Shown in pieces: positions 22,296 to 35,535 of a DNA stretch of 64,000 nt. The first letter of the stretch is position 1; the number at the start of each line of letters is the position of its first letter. The notes under the pieces were generated by a model. That model did no database searches. It was not told the DNA's origin and saw only the letters and a list, made by a program, of their open reading frames with translations. The position numbers were made by a program, and so were the translations under genes. The stretch is taken from the NCBI GenBank assembly GCA_951406725.2, contig OX597822.1, positions 68,448,001-68,512,000 on the forward strand, given 5' to 3'. This DNA comes from Octopus vulgaris (taxonomy: Eukaryota).

Positions 22296-22484
22296 AAATA
22301 TATATATACACATATATGTATATACACATGTATATACATATATATATATATTGAAAACAGAACACAAAGGATTCTGTTTTCAATTTATGTTTAATATATA
22401 TTCTCTCACCTCTGCCACTATCTGGTATATACAGGTGCTTACACTTATCAAGTATTCCCTCTAAACTTACCTGCATATATATGT

Positions 22485-22559
<75 letters not shown>

Positions 22560-23215
22560 CAGATATATACACACACACATATACAGATATATACACACAC
22601 ACACATATACAGATATATACACACACACACATATACAGATATATACACACACACACACATATACAGATATATATATACACACACACACATATATACACAC
22701 ACACGGAGAATGGACATTAATTGATGATGATGATGATTTATATATAAATACATATTTACACACACACACATATATATGCATATATACATCCACATATATA
22801 CATACACATACATAAAAATACATACACATACAAATCAAATGATTAATCAACAAAACAGTCTCTAAAGTTACACAATCTACTAGAAATAGCAACCAAATCT
22901 TCAAATCCCACCCTACCATCATATAAAAGCAGAGAAAATGGTGGTGAAGACTTAATTTAATGTGGGCCCCAAAGCAAATGACAGGATGATTATAATGAAT
23001 AGAATGTCTTTGATCGGGAATGACCTGGGGTCAAATAACAACTTTTTTTTTGTTTTTGTTTAGTTCACCATCATGATTTTCCTCACTATTATCATCTTCA
23101 CAATAATTATTATCATTCCAATCATCATTGCCATTCTAAGAAAGAGAAAACAATGTATGAATTAAGAAAGATATAATAGAATTTAAAAAAAACAAACAAA
23201 TTTATATGAAATATA

Positions 23216-23378
23216 GGCGCAGGCGTAGTTGTGTGGTAAGAAACTGGCTTCCCAACCACATGGTTCCAGGTTCAGTTCCACTGTGTGGCACCTTGGGTAG
23301 GTGTCTTCTACTATAGCCTCGGGTTGACCAAAGCCTTGTGAGGGGATTTAGTAGACGGAAACTGAAAGAAACTTGTAT
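23216..23378 (+). mobile_element. SINE family A, 5' half
   Basis: Head through gaaactgaaagaa, ending at the microsatellite. Confidence 0.8.
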
Positions 23379-23602
23379 ATATATATCTATATAGTTGAGG
23401 TGTGTTCTGTATGAACGGATCAAAGGCAAAGAGAGAAATGCAAACACACACATATATATCTATATATATATATATATATATGTGCGTATGTGTGTGTGTA
23501 TGAGGGTTAAGGGCACGGTTCAACTTTAAATCCTGTATATACAAGGATCTGTATCTATCGAAACATTACAAAGCTGCCTAACTGTACTTGCTCTCCCTTT
23601 TT

Positions 23603-23644
<42 letters not shown>

Positions 23645-24199
23645 GTTTGATCTATAAGTATCCAAACTGTTCTAAACTGATGTAAACAAACCAACAATGG
23701 CCATCAAGCAGAGACAAACACAAAGATGCATATTTACCTCTCTCTTAACCCCTCTCACACACACACACACATATGTAGGCATATGTGTGAGCATTTCTCT
23801 TATTTTTTGCCTTTGATCCCTTCTCTCTTTCTGACACACACATACAGGCATACACACACACACACCAAAGTCACTCAGAAGTCATTGGTTAATCTAGCGC
23901 TATAGTAGGGCTATATATTTATCGAAGGTACCATGCAGTGGAACTGAACCTGAAAGCCACACATTTGTGAAGTAAACCTCTTAACCACACAGCCATCATT
24001 GTGCTTATATATCCTTGCTATTATGCAAAACGTTGCTTTTTCAGAAAATGAAAAAAATTGTTTCACCATTCCATTTCTTTTAACATTAGCAACAGTTTCA
24101 GCTTAACAATAATACTTTGTTGGGTGCATAAAATCATAACTCCAAGAATTTATATTTTCAATCAGAAATATTTTTGCAAAACTGTCCTATGTGGGACTT

Positions 24200-24497
24200 G
24201 TTTGGCATGTAAAAAGCACCATCCGATCGTGGCCGTCGCCAGCCTCGCCTGGCCTTGGTGCCAGTGGCACGTAAAAAGCACCATCCGATCGTGGCCGTTT
24301 GCCAGCCTTGTCTGGCACGTAAAAAGCACCCACTACACTCATGGAGTGGTTGGCGTTAGGAAGGGCATCCAGCTGTAGAAACATTGCCAGATCAGACCGG
24401 GCTTGGTGCAGCCTTCTGGCTTCCCAGACCCCAGTTGAATCGTCCAACCCATGCCAGCATGGAAAGCGGACGCTAAACGATGATGATGATGATGATG
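24200..24497 (+). mobile_element. 5'-truncated RTE-like 3' UTR fragment with ~60-bp internal repeats and (GAT)n tail
   Basis: Three ggca(c/t)gtaaaaagcacc units followed by the conserved tail. Related copies are at 42392-42680 (-), 45300-45560 (+) and 51440-51636 (+). Confidence 0.75.
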
Positions 24498-24963
24498 TAT
24501 GAGTATGAAAGAGAGTGTGTGAGTGTGAGAGAAAGTGTGCATGTGTGTAAGAAAGTGTGCACTTGTGTGTGAGAAAGTGTGCACTTGTGTGTGTGTGAGA
24601 GAGAAAGTGTGCATGTGTGTGCATGAGAAAGTGTGTGTGTGTGTGTGTGTAAATCAATGTCTCTTTTCCTAGCATCCTGTGATAGTTAACAAATGTTACT
24701 ATGTAACTGGTTCTCCATTTCCAATCTTCCCATGTAGACATGTCTGGTCAGGGAGAAATATTACCTTGCTTGGCAGCAGGTGAGGATTGGTGACAAGAAG
24801 AGCACCCAGCCACAGACAAAAAAAAAGAAAACTGCCTCAACAAATTCCATCTGACTCATGCAACCATGGAAAAGTAGCCATTAAAACAATAATGATGATG
24901 ACAGTGGTGGTGGTGGTGGTGGGATGATGGTGGATGATGGGGGTGATGATGATGATGAATATA

Positions 24964-25002
<39 letters not shown>

Positions 25003-26416
25003 AATAAGTACCAAAAAAAAAAAAAAATACAGAGGTCAGTATGTTGAACTAAAACCTCCTGCAAGTCCAGTGCCCCAGACTGGCCACGATTCAATGAATG
25101 ATTAAATAAAATTTTAAAAAATAACAGAAACACTAAGAAAATAAAAAAACTAAAAGAAACATTGAAGCAACAAGCTTGTCTGCCGTACTGCTTCCACTGA
25201 AAACGTTGGACTCTGACTAATTTTGGTTCAGGTTTATTTTAGATGACCTACATGACTGAAAATGTTAACGAACTTTATAATCGGTAAATGATAAACTGGA
25301 AACCCTTAAAATTTTAAATACATAATTATTATTATTATTATTATTATTATTATCATTATTTTTTTTTTCCTTTCTGAGTAGATGTCAGCAGGTTTAGTTT
25401 TGGGGTCCGATGATTTCGAAAACAGTTTGACTTCACGCCCCACCCCCAAACCTGCACCCCCACCCCACACCTGCACCCCCACCCCGACTATGTTCCTTCT
25501 TCCACTGCTGCCGCCGCCACCCTCAGAATTTTCAGTTTATCTTTGTTATTAATAATTGTTTTTGTTGTAGTACCCTTATCAATATTGCTTTTATCATCAT
25601 CATCATTAGCAGCATCGTAATCATTAACCTGTTGTTGTTGTTGTTGTTTTTAATTGATGCTGTTGGTCCTGCTACTGCTGGACACTGCACCGAGAACATA
25701 TTTTCAGAACTGTAAGCTTGAAGATTGCTAATGGACTTACTTGTTCCAAAAAAAGACAAGGTAAAGGGGTTACTTTGCCACTCGCTACTATTATCATCAT
25801 TATTATTATTATTATTGTTAAGCATTATTCAACAAATAAATAAATGAAAATATGTACCAAATTAAGGGTGGCGGTGAACAAGAACACAATCGCACATGAA
25901 GGGGAGGTGATGGTGGTGGCAGCGGCGGTGGTGGTGGGTTTCGAGGTTTAGGGGTTTGGGGGTTCATAATTGTAGCTGTTGCTGTCATTGTTGTAACTTT
26001 AATGAGGTCTGAATATTAGGGGCCCTTCAATTTTGGTGGCTGGTGCAGTTAAAACTTGTCTTACACAACTCTCAAGATGGGGTGGGGGTGGGGTGGGGGG
26101 AGTAATAGGTGGAACAAACAACTGTTTGGAGATGAGAGAGAGAGAGAGAGAATGTGGGGGGGGACAAGTAGGTAGACAATGAGTGGGGAAAATAGAAAAT
26201 GAAAGAGTGAGAGTATAAGAGGAGGAGGAGGAGGAGAAAAGACAAAAGGAAATGAAAGATAAGAATGATGGGGAGAAAAGGAAAGGAAGAAAACGATGTG
26301 AAGAGAAGATGGAGAGAGAAAGACGAGTAAAAAGATAGTGGAATATAGAGTAAGAGAGAAAGAGATGAAAATGAGAAAGAATGAGAGGAAAAGTGAGTGA
26401 AAAAGTATTAAGAATA

Positions 26417-26795
26417 TAGGTGTAGGAAGGACTATGTGATAAGAAGTTCCCTTCCCAACCATATGGTTCTGGGTTCAGTCCCACTGTGTGGCACCTTGGA
26501 CAAGTATCTTCTGCTATAGCCTCAAGGTGACTTAAAGCCTTGTGAGAGGATTTGGTAGATGGAAACTGAAAGAAGCTTGTGTGTGTGTGTGTGTGTCCCC
26601 GTCCCCTCCACTGCTACTCAACAATCGGTGTTGGTGTGTCTATGTCTCTGTAACTTAGCAGTTTGGCAAAAGGGACCGATAGACTAAGTTCCAGGCTTTA
26701 AAAAAATAAGAACTGTGGTTGATTCTTTTGACTAAAAAAATTCTTTATGGTGGTGCTCCAGCATGGCCATAGTCAAAATGACTGAAACAAGTAAA
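26417..26795 (+). mobile_element. SINE family A, full length
   Basis: Head, (TG)n, body and tail are all present. Confidence 0.85.
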
Positions 26796-26959
26796 AAATA
26801 AAATAAAGAAAAAAAGAGAGGTAAAAACATGAACATAAAGGACAAAAAAGAAAGAAAAAGGAGAGAGAGAGAGAGAGAGAGAATGTGTGAAGTGAAAGAA
26901 AAGAAGAGGATGAGAGAAGCATCAAAAAGTGAGGTAAAGAAAGATTTTAGAGATAGATA

Positions 26960-27490
26960 GAGTATGAGGGAGGCAGACAGATGCATGTATGAGAGGGAGA
27001 AGGAGAAAGGAAGGAAGAGATAGATAGATACATACATGTGAGGGGGAGGGAGAGAAAGGAAGAGATAGACTGACACATTAATAAGAGAAAAGAACAAGGA
27101 GAAAGGGAGAGATAGACAGACACATATGAGAGGGGAGGAAGAGATAGACATTAAGAGAAAAGAAAAAGAGAGACAGACATACGAGAGAGAGAGTAAGAGA
27201 ATGGGAAAGATAGACAGACACATATGAGAGGGGAAGGAGAGAATGGGAAAGATAGACAGACACATATGAGAGGGGATGGAGGGAATGGGAAAGATAGACA
27301 GACACACATGAGAGGAGGAGGGAGAGATAGACAGACATATGAGAGGGGGAGGGAGAGAACAGGAGAGATAGACAGATGAGAGGCAGAGAGAGAGAGAGAA
27401 TGGGAGAGATGGACAGACACATTATTAAGAGAAAACAACAAGAAGAAAGAGAGAGATAGACAGACACAAATATAAGAGGGCATGAGGGGA
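26960..27490. repeat. Purine-rich degenerate minisatellite (gagatagacagacacatatgagagggg..., ~39 bp)
   Basis: About a dozen gatagaca-anchored units; the central three are near-identical. Confidence 0.8.
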
Positions 27491-28554
27491 AGAAAAAAAA
27501 GAAACAGGTCTGGTGGCAGAGAATTTTAATTTATTTTGTGTCTAATTTCCATTGTGTTCTGTCATTAAAAGAACATGAACAGTGAAAAAAAAATGGAGAG
27601 GTTTCTTGTTAAGGTAAAATCTAGACAACTTAACTTGATGGAGAGTGCGGGGGGGGGGGGTCTTCACAAATAACTTGAAGCAACAAAAGATTTCTTATTC
27701 TCTAAAATCCTCTCTACACTTTAATCTTAGTCTTTTTTTTTTTACATTTTTTCTTGGCTTTTACTATATTTTTTTTTATTCCATTTTTTTCCCTTGTTTT
27801 GTTTGTTTGTTTGTACTTTTCCTCTCTTTTTTCTCTTTCTTTCTAATTCTTACTCTTAATAAAACATATCTTCGTCACATGAGGTGTGCACAGCTCAGCA
27901 GCCACAGGCAAAGTTGACATACAAAAACACCCACCTCTACCCCCTTTCTCATCATCATCATCAACATCATCATTATTATCATCCCTGTACCCTTGTCTGC
28001 TATTTAAGCTTTTGCAACAGCAGATCCTTTATCTGGTGTTTTGGATGATGACATTTGAAATAAAACAAATAAATAAACAAATAAATTTTTAAAAACAACT
28101 GGATTTCTTTACAAAACGATGCCAAGTTCTCAGTTTTATGTTACAAAAACAAGGAAGGAATGCAATTCAGTGTATTTAATATGGCTTTCTTAGAAAAATC
28201 AAAAATGCAGGTGTCTCGCTTAGTTTGAATTATATTTAACCCTTTTGATGTTGACCTGCCTGGGACCGCACATGCTTCTATGATACAAATGTCCTGCTTA
28301 ACCCTTTAATATTTAACCCAGCCATGTCTAAAATGTGCAGGATTGAAATTTGGTGGTGGAGGAGTGTGCAAACCAAGGTCCAAAGTGTTTTTGTTTTTTT
28401 TACAAACAAGGTTGATTTTTTTTTCAATCTTCATATCAAAACAAGCACAATTATAAATAATAATAATAATAATAATAATAATGATAATAATAATAATAAT
28501 AATAATAATGATAATAATAATAATAATGATAATAATAATAATAATAATAATAAA

Positions 28555-29116
28555 ATGCCCTGATGCAGTACCAGGCAGTAGTTCTCATGGCTCCTGATCT
28601 TAACTGATTGGAAGTGTTATCATGTACATTGTTTTGTCTTGGTATAAAAGATGGGCTACAGAAAATATTCTGCTCAATACCACAGATTTGCTTGTCAGTT
28701 GTTTGACCTTAAGCAGTTGACCATGTCCCTTAGTGGGTGACAATATGTGCATCTCTGATCACAAGCAGAAGTTGTGGGGGAGCATCATAGCCATGTGTTG
28801 AGAGGGATTCTTAGAGGTTTGGATAATTCACCTCTGGAAATATGGGTGGTTTGTTCAACATCCTTAAATAATCCTTATTCAGGGACCTTTTGAGCAGGAT
28901 GGACTACTCAACCCAAAGAAAATTCTAACTGGGCCCAACCTGCAAGGTCATGTGCTGTTTATCTTCATATGAGATTACCATGTCGCACACACATGATTGT
29001 GATGCATGTGCCTGGTGTACCCTTATCAGACGGGTAGTCATGATGGGTATACTGGGCTTCGTATATTTTATTCCAGTGTCACTTTGATGGCATGCACTGT
29101 TCTCTCACTCACTCAA
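28555..29116. mobile_element. ~560-bp probable non-autonomous element inserted in an (AAT)n tract
   Basis: Complex sequence sharply bounded by (AAT)n on both sides (28453-28552 and 29119-29135). No ORF, and only one copy in the window. Confidence 0.5.
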
Positions 29117-29137
29117 TCATAATAATAATAATAATAT

Positions 29138-29352
29138 CTTTTCTACTCTAGGCATAAAGCCCGAAATTTTTGGGCAGCGGAAGCCAGTCGATTAGATCGG
29201 CCCCAGTACGCAACTGGTACTTAATTTATTGACCCCTGAAAGGATGAAAGGCAAAGTCAACCTCAGCAGAATTTGAACTCAGAATGTAGTGATGAGGGAA
29301 ATACCACTAAGCCTTTCACCCGGCGTGCTAACGGTTCTGCCAGCTCGCCACT
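29138..29352 (-). mobile_element. SINE family B, tail type 2, in (AAT)n
   Basis: Same head and core, but the tail is aaatttcgggc..tgcctagagtagaaaag. Also at 45776-45975, 50088-50260, 52560-52780 and 56250-56630. Confidence 0.8.
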
Positions 29353-29544
29353 TTAATAATAATAATAATATAAATTAGCAATTCAGCAAAACTGTCCAAC
29401 AGAAAAAGTACAAGACTTAAAAAAAAAAAACAGAGGAAGTCCTGGGGTCAATTTATTCAACAAAACCCTCCAATGCAGTGATCCAGCATGGCCATAGTTC
29501 AATGACTGAAATAATTAAAAAAGATTATTTGTTTTTTTCTTTTC

Positions 29545-29902
29545 TTTTACTTGTTTCAGTCATTTGACTGTGGCCATGTTGGAGCACCACCTGGGGGGGG
29601 GGAGTTAATAAATTGACCCCAGGATTTATTTCTTAAGCCTAGTATTTATTCTATCAGTCTCTTTTGCCAAACCACTAAGTTATGGCAATGTAAACACACC
29701 AACACTAGTTATCAAGTGGTGATGGGGGACAAACACAAACACATATATGATAGGCTTCTTTCAGTTTCCATCTACCAAATCCACTCAGAAAGCTTTGGTC
29801 AGCTTGAGGCTATAGTAGAAGACACTTGTCCAAGGTGCTGCAATGGGATTGAACCCAGAACCATATGTTTCTGAAGCAAGCTTCATACCACATACCCATG
29901 CC
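29545..29902 (-). mobile_element. SINE family A, full length
   Basis: Reverse-complement match; lies tail-to-tail with a + strand tail fragment at ~29380-29522. Confidence 0.83.
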
Positions 29903-30149
29903 TATATATAAATAAATTTATATCAGTCCCATGTGTTGAAATTTCAGTACTGTCCCAACACACCAGTGGTTCCCCAACTCCCCCATCTCTCTCAGGTACA
30001 AGGATACAATATTTATTCCTTTACTACCCACAGAAGGGACAAACAAGGACAGACAAAAGGACTAAATTGATTACTTCAACACCAGTGCATAACTGGTACT
30101 TATTTAATCAACTCCAAAAAGATGAAAGGCAATGTCGACCTTTATATAT

Positions 30150-30312
30150 ATATGACGGACTTCTTTCAGTTTCCATCTACCAAATCCACTCACAAGGCTT
30201 TGGTTGGCCTGAGGCTATAGTAGAAGTCACTTGCCCAAGGTGCCATGCAGTGGGACTGAACCCAGAACCATGTGGTTGGTAAACAAGCTACTTACCACAA
30301 GGCCACGCCTGC
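30150..30312 (-). mobile_element. SINE family A, 5' half
   Basis: Reverse-complement head; its 5' flank is shared with copy 58420-58792. Confidence 0.8.
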
Positions 30313-30939
30313 ATCATACAAAAAAAAAAGGGGTCATATTGAAAAGCGTACTCCTAGATATGATTTATAAGGCACAATGATCCTGAGTGAAAAACCTTTT
30401 GACCAGAGATGTGTTGAATGAGAACTGACTTGAATTTAAACACCAACCATGATCACCACTACTAAAGTGAACTAAAGTGAAAAGAGGAGCAGCGACAACA
30501 AAAATCGAAGAAAATTACAAACATTATCTGTGATTATAATCAGGGATAATGTTATCAAATGGTTATTGTCATCAAAATTAGTGAGTCCTTAACACAATCT
30601 GGATATTGTCACAGACTCTGCTTAATGGCATCAGTTGATTATTGTTATGCAGAGGGCTCTTTCCACTGCATGTTGGGGAAAAATAAGACTGGATGATCAT
30701 GGATGAGATACTTTCGATCATACCTAGGTCAGACAATCCACTCAGAGTTAACCTCGGGCTAAACAACAATGCTCTTGACTTCCTTAAATTTTCTTCCCAC
30801 CACCATCACCACCAAATGCCAACAACCATTAACAAGGAAGTGCTTTTACATGGTCTGCCAAACTGCTAGAAATAGCAGTCAAATCACTTTCAACTTGCAG
30901 CTTAGAATCTTAAAATATAAAAACATATGTATATATATA

Positions 30940-31318
30940 TTGGCTGTGTGGTAAGTAGCTTGCTTACCAACAACATAGTTCTGGGTTCAGTCCCACTGTA
31001 TGGCACCTTGGGCAAGTGTCTTCTGCTATAGCCTCGGGCCAACCAAAGACTTGTGAGTGGATTTGGTAGACGGAAACTGAAAGAAGCTTGTCATACATAC
31101 ATATATATGTATGTATTTGTGCGTCTGTGTATGTTCCCCCACACACTCGCTTGACAACCGATACTGGTGTGTTTACATCTCTGCAACTTGGCAGTTCAGC
31201 AAAAGACACTGATAGTATAAATACTGGGCTTACAAAGAATAAGTTCTGGGGTCATTTTGTTTGACTAAAGGCGGTGCTCCAGCATGGCCACAGTCAAATG
31301 ACTGAAATGAATAAAAGA
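30940..31318 (+). mobile_element. SINE family A, full length
   Basis: Head, body and tail match the family. Confidence 0.87.
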
Positions 31319-31635
31319 GTGCAAAAAAAAAAAAAAAAGAGTATATTAGTTAATGCAGTCCTACATACTCCAGTGCCTGTAAAATGATGGGATGGTCATG
31401 GTTAGATTACCTTCAGTCATAAATAAATAAGGTCTCCTCATTTAGGGTTGGCTTACACTTTTACTCTTCTCTTTGTTTCAGTCATTTGACTGTGGCCATG
31501 ATGGAGCACCTCCTTTAGTTGAATGAAATCGACCGCAGGACTTATTCTATTAGTCTCTTTTGCCGAACTGCTAGGTTACGGGGACGTAAACACACCAGCA
31601 TCGGTTGTCAAGCGATGTTGGGGGAACAAACACAG

Positions 31636-31703
<68 letters not shown>

Positions 31704-31706
<3 letters not shown>

Positions 31707-31858
31707 GGAGTAAACACATGTGAAACAAGGTGGAAAAAAGAGTACTCAAATACCAGAGGCAGAGTAATATGCTTTATTTAAAAGCAGCAGAAATTTAACA
31801 AAACTGTCCGACAAATGGGAACGTGAAACTCCGAGTAACAGCTTTTGTTAAATTTCTG
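31704..31858. mobile_element. Penelope-like terminal fragment nested in the (TA)n of a SINE
   Basis: Interrupts SINE 31458-32007 at its internal microsatellite. The gaaaaaag(a)gtactcaa...gcagag block is shared with 2631-2770. Confidence 0.55.
31788..31858 (+). ncRNA. Hammerhead-like motif with ~20-bp stem I (variant core CCGACAA)
   Basis: Reads cagaaatttaacaaaactgt CCGACAA atg-ggaa-cgt GAAA ctccgag TA acagcttttgttaaatttctg. Stem III is ACTC/GAGT, the triplet is GUA, and the flanks are inverted arms. Confidence 0.6.
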
Positions 31859-32890
31859 TTTCTGTCTACCAAATCCACTCACAAGACTTTGGTCAGTCCA
31901 AGGCTATAGTAGAAGACACTTTGCCCAAGGTGCCACACGGTGGGACTGAACCCAGAATCATGTGGTTGGTAAGCAAGCTTCTTACCACATACCCACTCCT
32001 GCGCCTATACAATATTGTTAAAAATAACAATCATTACCACTATCACACAGGTATAAACCAAGACACACCACTAGAAGCAGTGGCCGAAGACTATAACAGC
32101 ACCTTCACCCCCCCTCTCACTGTTTTTCTGTGTTCCTCTCTTTCTCTCTCTCTACCAGGTTTCCTTTTTATCCAGCTATTCCAGGCTAACAAAGATAGCT
32201 ACAAGTTGTTGTTTGGTGCTGGGTGCAGGCTGCTGGCAGAGGTGAGTCACCAACAGATACTCTCCTAACTGCTGCTGCTGTTGGTGGTGGTGGTGGTGGT
32301 GGTGGTGGTGACTGAATGGATGGATAACTAGTGCAGGCTGACAGAGGAGGAGGAGGAAGAGGAGGATATAAGTGGAGAGAGGGAGAGGGAAGGAGGCAGG
32401 CAGGTAAACAGACAAAGCAGGCAGCAGAGTGAGAGAGAGAGATTATAGAAGGGAAGGGGGTAGTGAAGAAAGAGAGTGAGTTGAGGGCAAGGATAATCAA
32501 GGTAGAAGACATGTGGAGCCAAGCTAAGGGACTGAGTGTATGGAGGCAGAAGTGGGATGGGGGGGAGTGCAGGTGAAAAGGCTAATCACCCCTACAACAC
32601 ACACAACACACACATAAACACAGGCACACACAAAGACCAAATATTATCCACTTAGTGACTGGGGAATATTATTAAAGACACAGATGATTACAGAGACTTT
32701 CTTCCCTTTCACTCCTCCTCCTCCACCTTCCTATCATCTCCCACCACCACCACCACACACAGCCTGTCCAATCCCAAACAGCATGGAATAATAACAAGAC
32801 AATGCCAGGTAGCTTTCATTAGTCAGCTTCAAAAGCAACATCCACACACCTAAATGAATACCTGTATTTTCCCCAAAATTTAAGCTAGCT

Positions 32891-33700
32891 ACTGAGCTCT
32901 CAATCAGGGCCCACATGACCCTTGGTAGGGTCCATCTAAGATTTTGTTGTTAAAATTTATGTGCAATAAAATAGCTATATTTCTAAAATACACAAAATAT
33001 TTTAAACAATTCTTTATATCTATTATATAAAATCCATTCTGTCTGTCTGTGTGTGTGTGTGTGTGTGTTTTCTAGGATCTCGGGCATCCTCCATCCGATT
33101 GCGCTCAAATTTGATATGTAGATATCAGGGAATGTATAAGTCTTGAAAAAATTACCAAAGTCGATTCCAGGTGAGAATGCGATCGATAAAGCCGTTTTTG
33201 TCCTGCTTTTCTTCCGTCAACCTGTACATAACTGCACCTTCCATTTTCTGTTGTTTTTGTACTGCTTAGAAGCATGTTTCTTTCCTGCCAAGCTTACTGT
33301 TTAAACCATGTTTGTGTTCTCCCAGTCAACAGCCTTATCATTACTGGTACTTTAAACTCTTCAGTTGCATATTTGTGTGAATAAAATCGTTTTTCTTTGA
33401 AATAAAAAAAAAGTCTATCTTTATTTCTTCTTTTGCTGGTGTCTCAAATTTAGGTTAAATCAGTGTTTCTCAAAGGAGAGTCCTATGGGACAGTTGGACA
33501 AGTTGTTTTGAGAAAATTTGGTTTAAATGTTTGACAACTCAGCACCGTCCATTGGAAGGGGGGGGGGTTGCTCGTTTAATTATTTAATTATAAAATTATA
33601 ATGGGACTTTTTAAAACATTGAATGGCCATGGAAGAAGGTCTGAGGGGAAAAATAGGAATCAAAGAGCTCCATCAGCAAAAAAGTGGTTGAGAACCACTG
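32891..33700. mobile_element. hAT/Charlie-like MITE (host), interrupted
   Basis: Shares catatgacc..gtcca..taagattttg..attgaatggccatg..ggaatcaaag..ttgagaaccactg with 36151-36656. Confidence 0.7.
33019..33574 (+). mobile_element. Probable non-autonomous Helitron
   Basis: Inserted between A and T. It begins TCTATTATATAAAA followed by (GTCT)n(GT)n and ends CTCG (a CTAG variant). No TSD, and the 3' hairpin is not evident. Confidence 0.45.
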
Positions 33701-33856
33701 GGCTAATTGATATTACTGTGGTGTCCCTCACTTTTGATTTTTTATTTATTTAAAATGACTTCAGGGAGTTTTCACTTCCTGACTGCAATGATAATTTCAT
33801 TTATAATTTCATTTACTTAAAGTTTTAAAACTTACATTATGTATGTAAAATTATAT

Positions 33857-34240
33857 AGGCGCAAGAGTGGCTGTGTGGTAAGTAGCTTGCTTACCAACCA
33901 CATGGTTCCGGATTCATTCCCACTGCGTGGCACCTTGGGCAAGTGTCTTCTACTATAGCCTTGTGAGTGGATTTGGTAGACGGAGACTGAAAGAAGCCTA
34001 TCGTATATATATGTATGTGTGTGTATATGTTTGTGTGTCCGTGTTTGTCCCCCTGCCAACATCCCTTGACAACTGATGGTTGTGTGTTTACATTCCCGTA
34101 ATTTAGTGGTTTGGCAAAAGAGACCAATAGAATAACTATTAGGCTTACAAAGAATAAGTCCAAGGGTCGATTTGCTCGACTAAAGGCAGTGCTCCAGCAT
34201 GGCCGCAGTCAAATGACTGGAACAAGTAAAAGAGTGAAGA
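33857..34240 (+). mobile_element. SINE family A, full length
   Basis: Head, body and tail match the family. Confidence 0.87.
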
Positions 34241-34304
34241 GTATATGTATGTATGTATAAATGTGTATACATGCACACACACACACACACAGAGGCACAT
34301 GAAG

Positions 34305-34478
34305 CACAAATGTGACCATGTGGTTAAAGAAGTTTGCTTCCACCCACATTGTTTCATGTTCAGTTCCACTACATGGTACCTTGGGCGAATATATTTTCTA
34401 CCACAGCTCTGGCCCAACCAAAACCTTGTGAATCGAAGCTGGTAGACGGAAACAGAGAGAGAGAGGGGGAGAAACTGT

Positions 34479-34515
<37 letters not shown>

Positions 34516-34770
34516 CATGCATGCATGCTTGTTTGGGCTTCCTAGTCTTGATATCACGTAATAGCTGTTAAATGACTGCCATACAAGCAGTGTCATTTGT
34601 TTACAACATTCCGTGAAAACAATATCCTAGCTAGGAAGAAATATTATTACCTCTCTTGGGAAATCAGGTGAGGTCGGGTAACAGGTAGGGCATCCAGTCA
34701 TTGAAAATTTGTCTCAATAAACTTTGACCCAAGCAAGTAAGGGAAAGTGGACATTAAAATGATGATAATG
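34305..34770 (+). mobile_element. SINE family A'
   Basis: Diverged head, (TG)n and alternative body ending gaaagtggacattaaaatgatgat. Confidence 0.7.
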
Positions 34771-35535
34771 ATATACAACACACATTTTACGTAGGTGTGT
34801 ATGCACAAGGAAGAGCCAAACAGTAAGTCTTCAGAGAAGCTCCTCTCATGCAAGTGTTTGGCCCTTAACAAGTTAAGGGAGCCAGGCTGCGTACAGTTCA
34901 TGATTCTTGGGTACCCTTCTGCTACCAAATTCTGTGCTACTATCAGCATTGTAACACTACCAGATGGTTAAAATGCCCCAGAACTAAAGTACGTTGGGTG
35001 TTGTAACCAGTTCAGTCTAAGACTCCATTTAACTATAGGGTAAATTATGCATTTTGAAATTCACTTCCATTTCTCCTTTGGATATAAAAGGGGCCCGATT
35101 AGTGTTCATAGTTTGGATGACTTTCAAGAGCAAGAATTGATTTACAATGAGCCCCACAAGGTGGAATGGCTACTGTATTGAGTGCCGCTGGCCATTCTCC
35201 ATAGCAACACCATTGCACCCATTACCATGAGGCATGGCTGAGAACATCATTTGCTCTGGGGTATGTGGCTCATTACCCCCTCCCCCTCCATCTTCTGCTG
35301 CTTTAGACCCCTCTTTTTTCTTTCCTTTCTTATCCATCTCTTTTCCTCCAACACGTTTCTTTATATTTGAATAAAATATATAAAGACAAAAAAAAAATAG
35401 AAATTCAACTCCACCTTCGAAGATATTGAAATCGTACAAAGATTAATCATCACAAATGCCAAAGTCAGTTACCAAGCATACAATACCAAGTTACATAAGC
35501 TGGTCGACACCCACATATCATCACGACATCAAAAT

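Larger units (their letters stand above)
31458..32007 (-). mobile_element. SINE family A, interrupted by a hammerhead-bearing insert
   Basis: Tail and body at 31458-31640, then (TA)n, insert 31704-31858, and head 31859-32007. Confidence 0.83.

Noticed and set aside
21587-22922. Many 75-150 aa ORFs (CV/YI/HT repeats); likewise 40604-41068 and 43445-44079
   Set aside because: They are translations of dinucleotide microsatellites.
26732-27483. Hydrophobic Leu/Ser/Phe-rich ORFs
   Set aside because: They are translations of the pyrimidine strand of a purine-rich minisatellite.
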